DNA of 4,779 nucleotides from Escherichia coli (GTDB lineage Bacteria; Pseudomonadota; Gammaproteobacteria; Enterobacterales; Enterobacteriaceae): NCBI RefSeq assembly GCF_965641715.1, contig NZ_OZ282459.1; one strand, 5' to 3'. Shown piece by piece: positions 1 to 4,621 of this stretch (position 1 is its first letter; each line of letters starts with the position of its first letter). The notes under the pieces were generated by a model. It saw only the letters and a program-made list of their open reading frames with translations, ran no database searches and was not told where the DNA came from. The position numbers and the translations under genes were made by a program.

Positions 1-244
1 GGAAATATGAATACAGATCTTCTTTTGACATTTCCATCAGTTCTTCAACTGATTTATGTGTCATTCTCCTTGTTGCTAAAATAATCTCCTCAACGAGATC
101 GGAGCGTTTTAATTTGCTTGGGTTCTTTGGAAGTAAATTACCAAAGGATTCAATTAGCTCGGCATTAGTCATTTCACTTTTATCCAAGCCAGCTTTAGCT
201 CCCTCAACGCCAAGCCAAGATATCAGTTTTTGGATATCTATCAT
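1..244 (-). CDS. Hypothetical protein, N-terminal 81 codons only (ORF runs off the window start); translationally coupled to the upstream ParA-like gene
   Basis: Minus-strand ATG at 244..242 overlaps the ParA-like stop TGA (243..241) in an ATGA arrangement. GAGGA Shine-Dalgarno lies 7 nt upstream, inside the ParA 3' end. Open frame reads MIDIQKLISWLGVEGAKAGLDKSEMTNAELIESFGNLLPKNPSKLKRSDLVEEIILATRRMTHKSVEELMEMSKEDLYSYF... with no stop before position 1. Absent from the ORF track only because it is truncated. No motif I recognise. Confidence 0.5.
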   Translation of the reverse strand, partial: MIDIQKLISWLGVEGAKAGLDKSEMTNAELIESFGNLLPKNPSKLKRSDLVEEIILATRRMTHKSVEELMEMSKEDLYSYF

Positions 245-1125
245 CGACAAGTCCTCATAAACTCAATCGTCAAGTTCTTAAACTGTGACGCTTGTTTGTA
301 AGCGTTACTTATCTGTACATCATACACTGAAACGCGCTCTGCTGCAGCTACTCTTAGCCCATCACCTTCCGTTATGTAGTGCTTGAAGATGTCACCTGCT
401 TGCCGAAGCCTGTTGTATTCATATTGCTCTGTTTGCTTCAGTTCTTCTGCATATTCTCTGGCCATCATTCCCATTGCTCCGGCGAAAACTGTGTCCTTAT
501 ATGAATCGCCGACTTGCAGTGCCTTTCTTAGCATTTCAATATCTTCATTTACATTATTTATCTCACCTATGACCGTGGCCACACCAATAGATGATTGCCT
601 GTCTAGTTTTACCGGTGATACACAATAATCTGATGCGTAGATTATAGAGCGCATGACATCAGAAACTTCGGGGTGTGAATCAATCAATATGTAGTCATAA
701 TTATCTGCAATAGGTGATAATACAGCGCTTATGGTTTTTAAATGCTGTAAAAGAATGGCATTGTTCGATCTTATATTGTTTGTACTAGGTAGCTTATCAG
801 TTGAAACGGTTGATAAGCGAGGGTCGGCTGGAATGACATCGATACCACTATTAAATTTAATTATGTCTATGTCAGTCGTTTGTTGTGCCGCGCTATATAA
901 TTGCTGATACTTGTTAAATAACGTTGTTCCTTGCGGTGCTTGATTTCCAAAGTTTTCGATCAGTTTAGGGAAAAATCTTCCAGTTATACCTCCGCGTTGA
1001 TAATCTGCATCTATAACTAAAACACGTTTTTCATGAAAACGACTAAGTCCTTCGGCAATGTGATAACAGGACGTTGTTTTACCAACCCCACCTTTCTCAC
1101 TAATAAACCCAACTGTCACAGCCAT
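241..1125 (-). CDS. ParA/MinD-family P-loop ATPase (deviant Walker A), 294 aa
   Basis: N-terminus MAVTVGFISEKGGVGKTT carries the KGGxGKT deviant Walker A signature of ParA/Soj/MinD ATPases, followed by the hydrophobic strand plus Asp (RVLVIDADYQ) typical of the family. AAGGA SD sits 6 nt upstream of the ATG at 1125. Lies in AT-rich DNA unlike the backbone. Confidence 0.85.
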   Translation of the reverse strand: MAVTVGFISEKGGVGKTTSCYHIAEGLSRFHEKRVLVIDADYQRGGITGRFFPKLIENFGNQAPQGTTLFNKYQQLYSAAQQTTDIDIIKFNSGIDVIPADPRLSTVSTDKLPSTNNIRSNNAILLQHLKTISAVLSPIADNYDYILIDSHPEVSDVMRSIIYASDYCVSPVKLDRQSSIGVATVIGEINNVNEDIEMLRKALQVGDSYKDTVFAGAMGMMAREYAEELKQTEQYEYNRLRQAGDIFKHYITEGDGLRVAAAERVSVYDVQISNAYKQASQFKNLTIEFMRTCR

Positions 1126-1217
1126 TTTTATTCCTTACAAATCTCTTTTTTTTGGTAGAGGGAACAGCGTCAACGCTTTCCTTGACGTTCAGTATAACGT
1201 CAGCGTACTCTTAGCCA
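1126..1217. promoter_or_regulatory. Divergent intergenic control region: promoter/operator of the ParA-like operon (minus) and RNA II primer promoter (plus)
   Basis: 92 bp between the ParA-like start (1125) and the inferred RNA II start (~1218). Plus-strand -35 TTGACG (1182-1187) and -10-like TACTCT (1206-1211), placed as for pBR322 RNA II (TTGAGA...TAATCT). Inverted repeats cgtcaa(1168-1173)/ttgacg(1182-1187) and gacgtt(1184-1189)/aacgtc(1196-1201) overlap the -35. Confidence 0.5.
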
Positions 1218-1224
1218 TCAAACG

Positions 1225-1252
1225 AAAAAACCGACTGGGGAGTCGGTTTTTT
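1225..1252 (-). terminator. RNA I rho-independent terminator (also forms RNA II 5' stem-loop I)
   Basis: aaaaaa-ccgact-gggg-agtcgg-tttttt: 6-bp GC-rich stem (1231-1236 / 1241-1246), 4-nt loop, flanked by A6 and T6 runs. Confidence 0.65.
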
Positions 1253-1326
1253 CGAGGGTTCAGTAAGTTGGGGAACTTCTGAACCGTGGTAACAGGGTGT
1301 ACAAGACCGCTGAAACCAAATTCTGT
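1225..1326 (-). ncRNA. RNAI: RNA I antisense copy-number control RNA (~100 nt)
   Basis: Minus-strand transcript positioned as in pBR322: 5' end opposite ccaaattctgt (1316-1326; pBR322 CCAAATACTGT), 3' end at hairpin plus U-run (1225-1252). Fully antisense to the RNA II 5' region. Confidence 0.7.
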
Positions 1327-1332
1327 TATTCC

Positions 1333-1362
1333 AGTTTAGCCTCTCTAAGGCTGATACTTCAA
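1333..1362 (-). promoter_or_regulatory. RNA I promoter (-35 TTGAAG, -10 TAAACT on the minus strand)
   Basis: Reverse complement of cttcaa (1357-1362) gives TTGAAG; reverse complement of agttta (1333-1338) gives TAAACT; 18-bp spacer. Same arrangement as pBR322 RNA I promoter (TTGAAG / TACACT). Confidence 0.55.
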
Positions 1363-1730
1363 GAACTCTCACTCAGTAAATCTTGTACACCCCTTTACTC
1401 ATGGCTGCTGCCAGTGGCGCTTTGTCGTGTCTTTCCGGGTTGGACTCAAGTCGATAGTTACCGGAACAGGCGCAGCAGTCGGACTGAACGGGGGGTTCGT
1501 GCATACAGTCCAGCTTGGAGCGAACTGCCTACCCGGAACTGAGTGTCAGGCGTGGAATGAGATAAACGCGGCCATAACAGCGGAATGACACCGGTAAACC
1601 GAAAGGCAGGAACAGGAGAGCGCACGAGGGAGCCACCAGGGGGAAACGCCTGGTATCTTTATAGTCCTGTCGGGTTTCGCCACCACTGATTTGAGCGTCA
1701 GATTTCGTGATGCTTGTCAGGGGGGCGGAG

Positions 1731-1746
1731 CCTATGGAAAAACGGC
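1731..1746 (+). other. oriV: RNA II to DNA transition point of the ColE1-type origin
   Basis: cctatggaaaaacggc follows the G-rich caggggggcggagc block; matches the pBR322/p15A origin (CCTATGGAAAAACGCC), where RNase H processing and leading-strand synthesis start at the A run. Confidence 0.6.
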
Positions 1747-1975
1747 TTCGCCGCGACCCTATCGCTTCCCTGTTAAGTATCTTCCTGGCATCTTCCAGGA
1801 AATCTCCGCCCCGTTCGTAAGCCATTTCCGCTCGCCGCAGTCGAACGACCGAGCGTAGCGAGTCAGTGAGCGAGGAAGCGGAATATATCCTGTATCACAT
1901 ATTCTGCTGACGCTCCGGTGCCGCCTTTTTTCTCCTGCCACATGAAGCACTTTCCTGATACCCGCACTCATGCCA

Positions 1976-2068
1976 ACATAGTAAGCCAGTATACACTCCG
2001 CTAGCGCTACGTGACTGGTTCAGGGCTGCGCCCCGAAACCCGCTAAAAGCTACTGACGCGCCTGCGGC
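1976..2068. other. bom / oriT-like region (basis of mobility with nic site); exact nic position not determined
   Basis: acatagtaagccagtatacactccgctagcgctacgtgactggttcagggctgcgccccgaaacccgc...gctactgacgcgcc closely resembles the pBR322 bom segment (AGTTAAGCCAGTATACACTCCGCTATCGCTACGTGACTGGGTCATGGCTGCGCCCCGACACCCGC...GCTGACGCGCC). It lies directly upstream of the mob operon. Confidence 0.6.
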
Positions 2069-2105
2069 TTGTCCAACACCGTGCCGCCCGGGAAAAATTT
2101 CCCGC
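2069..2105 (+). promoter_or_regulatory. Putative mob operon promoter with overlapping palindrome (possible operator)
   Basis: -35-like TTGTCC (2069-2074), A-rich -10-like gaaaaat (2092-2098), and the inverted repeat cgggaaa-aa-tttcccg overlapping the -10. Weak inference from sequence only. Confidence 0.3.
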
Positions 2106-2153
2106 CCGTCCCGGTGTTATCAGGAGGTTACTCTGGCAGACAAACGCAACAAG

Positions 2154-2474
2154 ATGCTCACGATGTGGGTGACGGAAGACGAACACCGGCGGCTGCTCGA
2201 GCGGTGCGACGGCAGGCAGCTGGCGGCGTGGATGCGTCAGACCTGCCTCGATGAGAAGCCGGCGCGTGCCGGCAGACTGCCATCGATATCCCCGGCGCTG
2301 CTGCGCCAGCTTGCAGGTATGGGTAACAACCTGAACCAGATCGCCCGGAAAGTGAATGCCGGTGGTGCCGGTCATGACCGGGTGCAGATTGTGGCCGCCC
2401 TGATGGCAATCGACGCGGGACTGGAGCGGCTGCGGCATGCGGTGCTGGAAAAAGGGGGGGGTGATGATCGTTAA
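2154..2474 (+). CDS. mbeC: MbeC/MobC mobilization accessory protein (ColE1 MbeC-like, 106 aa)
   Basis: ORF MLTMWVTEDEHRRLLERCDGRQLAAWMRQTCLDEKPARAG...LEKGGGDDR is recognised as ColE1-family MbeC. It is the first gene after bom, and its 3' end overlaps the mbeA start by 11 nt as in ColE1-type mob operons. Start could instead be the second in-frame ATG at 2163. Confidence 0.85.
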   Translation: MLTMWVTEDEHRRLLERCDGRQLAAWMRQTCLDEKPARAGRLPSISPALLRQLAGMGNNLNQIARKVNAGGAGHDRVQIVAALMAIDAGLERLRHAVLEKGGGDDR

Positions 2475-3972
2475 ATTTCATCCCCGGGGACGCGGTGGTG
2501 GTGCCGGTCCGGTGGATTACCTGCTGGGAAAAGACCGGCAGCGCGAGGGGGCGACCGTGCTGCAGGGAAAACCGGAGGAAGTCCGGGAGCTTATCGATGC
2601 CTCGCCGTATGCGAAAAAGTACACCTCCGGCGTACTGTCGTTCGCGGAGGCTGAACTGCCGCCCGGGCAGCGGGAGCAGATCATGGCCAGCTTTGAGCGG
2701 GTTCTGATGCCCGGGCTCGATAAAGACCAGTACAGCATTCTGTGGGTGGAGCACACCGACAAGGGGCGGCTGGAACTGAATTTCCTGATCCCCAACACTG
2801 AACTGCTGACCGGGAAACGCCTGCAGCCGTATTACGATCGAGCCGATCGGCCGCGCATCGATGCCTGGCAGACCGTGGTGAACGGCAGACTGGGGCTGCA
2901 TGATCCAAACGCCCCGGAGAACCGGCGGCTACTGGTCACGCCGTCCGCACTGCCGAAAACGAAGCTGGAAGCCGCTCAGGCGATTACACGAGGGTTGCTG
3001 GCCTTAGCCTCATCCGGGGAGCTCAAAACGCGCGAGGACGTCACAGGGGCGCTCACAGCGGCAGGTTTTGAGGTGGTCCGCACCACAAAAAACAGTATCA
3101 GCATTGCCGACCCGGACGGGGGGCGAAACATCCGACTGAAGGGAGCCATTTATGAGCAGTCTTTTAGCGCTGGCGAAGGACTTGGAGCAGCAATCGAAAG
3201 CGCAGCAGCAGAGTACCGGCGAGATGCTGAAAGCCGCATTCAGCGAGCACGAGAAGTCTGTAAAAGCGGAACTGAGCGCAAGCGCGAAGAGAATCAGCGA
3301 CGCCATCAGCGCCCACGAGCAGGGTATGACCGCGGCGATGCAGTCGAACCGCCTGAGCGTGCTGCGTATGGTCGGCCGGACGTGGCTGACCATCACTCTG
3401 GTCTCGGTACTACTGATCGCCACGAGCGGGAGCATTCTGTGGTGGCAGGGGCAGCAGATCACCGGAAATTACCAGACTATCCGGGCGCAGGAGCGGACGC
3501 AGGCCATGCTGTCGGAGAAGAACCACGGCGTGCAGCTGTCGCTCTGCGGGGAGAAGAAACTGTCCTGCGTCAAAGTGAACCCGAAAGCGGGAGCTTACGG
3601 GGAGGAAGGGAACTGGATGGTACTGGAGAGGAAATAGCTCATGACGGAACTGGAAAAACAGTTGCTGACCGCATTAGAGCAGCTACATCAGGACTACTCG
3701 CAAAGGCTGGACGAGTGGGAGAGCGCCTTCGCGGAATGGCAGAAGATGTCTGGTCTTATGCAACGGGAGAACGCGGCGCTGAACGAGCGCGTGACGCGCT
3801 TGAGTCAGCAGGTGGCGAACTTGAGCAGGCAATTACAGCGTTTGAGCCAGTAGTGCAGCGGCATGAAATGGCGGTGGCCGCCGAACGGGCATACGAGCAG
3901 CGACAGCACGAAAAAGAGCTGGCGGAAGCCCGTTCCCGTCAGCGGAGCTATAACGGTCCGACGCTGGGCTGA
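2464..3972 (+). CDS. mbeA: MbeA/MobA relaxase of the ColE1 (MOB HEN) family, 502 aa
   Basis: Counting from the ATG at 2464 (MIVKFHPRGRGGGAGPVDYLLG...), Tyr19 (TAC 2518-2520) and His97/Glu104/Asn106 (WVEHTDKGRLELN, His codon 2752-2754) fall at the residue numbers known for the ColE1 MbeA catalytic Tyr and HEN motif. G-rich SD (G8 tract) is immediately upstream. The track ORF starting at 2437 is an upstream in-frame extension. Confidence 0.9.
   Translation: MIVKFHPRGRGGGAGPVDYLLGKDRQREGATVLQGKPEEVRELIDASPYAKKYTSGVLSFAEAELPPGQREQIMASFERVLMPGLDKDQYSILWVEHTDKGRLELNFLIPNTELLTGKRLQPYYDRADRPRIDAWQTVVNGRLGLHDPNAPENRRLLVTPSALPKTKLEAAQAITRGLLALASSGELKTREDVTGALTAAGFEVVRTTKNSISIADPDGGRNIRLKGAIYEQSFSAGEGLGAAIESAAAEYRRDAESRIQRAREVCKSGTERKREENQRRHQRPRAGYDRGDAVEPPERAAYGRPDVADHHSGLGTTDRHEREHSVVAGAADHRKLPDYPGAGADAGHAVGEEPRRAAVALRGEETVLRQSEPESGSLRGGRELDGTGEEIAHDGTGKTVADRIRAATSGLLAKAGRVGERLRGMAEDVWSYATGERGAERARDALESAGGELEQAITAFEPVVQRHEMAVAAERAYEQRQHEKELAEARSRQRSYNGPTLG
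3152..3637 (+). CDS. mbeB: MbeB/MobB mobilization protein (161 aa), nested in the +1 frame of mbeA
   Basis: AAGGGA SD 7 nt upstream of the ATG. Product has a hydrophobic segment (TWLTITLVSVLLIATSGSILWW). Nested-gene layout is characteristic of ColE1-type mob regions. Confidence 0.8.
   Translation: MSSLLALAKDLEQQSKAQQQSTGEMLKAAFSEHEKSVKAELSASAKRISDAISAHEQGMTAAMQSNRLSVLRMVGRTWLTITLVSVLLIATSGSILWWQGQQITGNYQTIRAQERTQAMLSEKNHGVQLSLCGEKKLSCVKVNPKAGAYGEEGNWMVLERK
3641..3853 (+). CDS. mbeD: MbeD/MobD mobilization/entry-exclusion-type protein (70 aa), nested in the +1 frame of mbeA
   Basis: GGAGAGG SD 9 nt upstream; starts 3 nt after the mbeB stop in the same frame. Coiled-coil-like Q/L-rich sequence (LSQQVANLSRQLQRLSQ). 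Confidence 0.8.
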   Translation: MTELEKQLLTALEQLHQDYSQRLDEWESAFAEWQKMSGLMQRENAALNERVTRLSQQVANLSRQLQRLSQ

Positions 3973-4071
3973 CAGGCTTCACCAGTGACAAACCCCACGA
4001 AGAAGGGCTCATAAATTTCCCGCTAAATACGGTCGTGATGAAAACATCACGGCGTATACAACGGAGGGATT

Positions 4072-4191
4072 ATGAGACTGTTTAACGTGATTGAGACGGT
4101 GCTGAACTGCCTGTACATGGCGCTGGAGATCTGGGACTGGCTGGAGAAGCATTTTCCTGTTTTTAAGGCGTTCATCCGGATTCTGGCCTGA
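4072..4191 (+). CDS. Small hypothetical protein (39 aa) downstream of mbeA; possibly the ColE1 mbeE equivalent
   Basis: ATG preceded by GGAGGG SD at 6 nt spacing. Product MRLFNVIETVLNCLYMALEIWDWLEKHFPVFKAFIRILA is small and hydrophobic/amphipathic. Position between mbeA and cer matches where a small fifth mob-region ORF sits in ColE1. Assignment is from memory and unverified. Confidence 0.4.
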   Translation: MRLFNVIETVLNCLYMALEIWDWLEKHFPVFKAFIRILA

Positions 4192-4194
4192 AAT

Positions 4195-4360
4195 CAGACC
4201 GTATGCATCTGGCTGCATGACCATGCAGCCGGGTAAAATTTATCTGTCACGGACGGGGCGGTGTATCGGGTGGTTTGTTGCCGGTTTTACCTGACTGCCG
4301 CCCCGTTTGTGACGAACCTGTCCGGAGCGGTGCGGGCAACGGATGTTATGGTAAATAGGT
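4195..4360. other. cer-like Xer multimer-resolution site: core XerC arm GGTGCGGGCAA (4329-4339), 6-bp central region CGGATG (4340-4345), XerD arm TTATGGTAAAT (4346-4356), plus upstream accessory region
   Basis: Core compares with ColE1 cer (GGTGCGTACAA-TTAAGGGA-TTATGGTAAAT): XerD arm identical, XerC arm 2 mismatches, central region 6 bp as in psi/dif-type sites. A perfect 9-bp inverted repeat ggctgcatg-ac-catgcagcc (4211-4230) lies about 100 bp upstream, where cer carries its accessory-protein sites. Confidence 0.65.
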
Positions 4361-4394
4361 TCGTCCGGTATGCTCAATGAAGATAAGCCAGTTT

Positions 4395-4580
4395 TTAACT
4401 GATTCTTTTTTCGATCGTTTGAAACAAGAATAGTATTTGGCAATAGCGGTTGTCTTTATCTAGCCAAGCACAATTAGCTAGATCTATGTAACCGTTATTT
4501 TGAGACGATCCATATCCGATGACCGTCATCGCTTTTGATTCTGACTTTAAGTAAACTATATCGCCTATATTAAATGGCAT
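4395..4580 (-). CDS. Small DUF2158/YodC-like protein (61 aa), function unknown
   Basis: AGGA SD 7 nt upstream of the ATG at 4580. MPFNIGDIVYLKSESKAMTVIGYG...NCAWLDKDNRY fits the pattern I recall for the YodC/DUF2158 family (GDxVxLKS...MTV...CxW). AT-rich context. Family call is from motif memory only. Confidence 0.5.
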   Translation of the reverse strand: MPFNIGDIVYLKSESKAMTVIGYGSSQNNGYIDLANCAWLDKDNRYCQILFLFQTIEKRIS

Positions 4581-4593
4581 TTTTTTATCCTAT

Positions 4594-4619
4594 AAAAAGC
4601 CACCTCACAGGTGGCTTTT
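4594..4619. terminator. Bidirectional rho-independent terminator hairpin
   Basis: aaaaa-gccacct-cac-aggtggc-tttt: 7-bp GC-rich stem (4599-4605 / 4609-4615), 3-nt loop, A run on one side and T run on the other. Lies 2 nt downstream of the stop of the minus-strand partial gene. Confidence 0.65.
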
Positions 4620-4621
4620 AT

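Larger units (their letters stand above)
1218..1741 (+). ncRNA. RNAII: RNA II replication primer precursor of a ColE1/p15A-type origin (ends approximate)
   Basis: The 3' part (ca. 1390-1745) is near-identical, from memory, to the pBR322/p15A sense strand (gctgctgccagtgg..., ...gaacggggggttcgtgca..., ...acaggagagcgcacgagggag...ccagggggaaacgcctggtatctttatagtcctgtcgggtttcgccacc..., ...tcaggggggcggagcctatggaaaaacg). 5' stem-loop at 1231-1246. Confidence 0.75.

Noticed and set aside
1-244. Calling the ParA-coupled partner a ParB or centromere-binding protein, making this a standard parAB locus
   Set aside because: The visible 81 residues show no ParB-like or ribbon-helix-helix signature I recognise and no obvious centromere repeat array is nearby, so I left the product as hypothetical. 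Not excluded; it needs a homology or structure search.
383-628. 81-aa plus-strand ORF inside the ParA-like gene
   Set aside because: Fully antisense to the ATPase coding sequence, Ser/Cys-rich low-complexity product, no SD.
1297-1971. Track ORFs 1297..1542 (+), 1529..1825 (-) and 1759..1971 (-) across the replication origin
   Set aside because: This stretch matches the conserved noncoding RNA II / origin / downstream region of ColE1 and p15A plasmids; the ORFs are chance frames in structured RNA-coding DNA.
2437-2463. Track start of the 511-aa ORF (MRCWKKGGVMIVKF...) as the relaxase start
   Set aside because: The ATG at 2464 reproduces the ColE1 MbeA numbering (Tyr19, His97/Glu104/Asn106) and has the G-rich SD directly upstream. 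The 2437 start lies inside mbeC and is just an in-frame upstream extension.
2158-2901. 247-aa minus-strand ORF, with other antisense or alternative-frame ORFs in the mob region (2043..2438 -, 2069..2254 +, 2495..2707 +, 2517..2798 -, 2681..2908 -, 3010..3462 -)
   Set aside because: They overlap the well-supported mbeC/mbeA/mbeB genes in high-GC DNA, where long stop-free frames arise by chance. Products are Arg/Pro/Ala-rich low-complexity with no SD or motifs.
4009-4443. Minus-strand ORFs 4009..4224 and 4240..4443
   Set aside because: They overlap the SD-supported small plus-strand ORF and the cer-like site including its palindrome and Xer core, have no convincing SD, and the second overlaps the DUF2158-like ORF.
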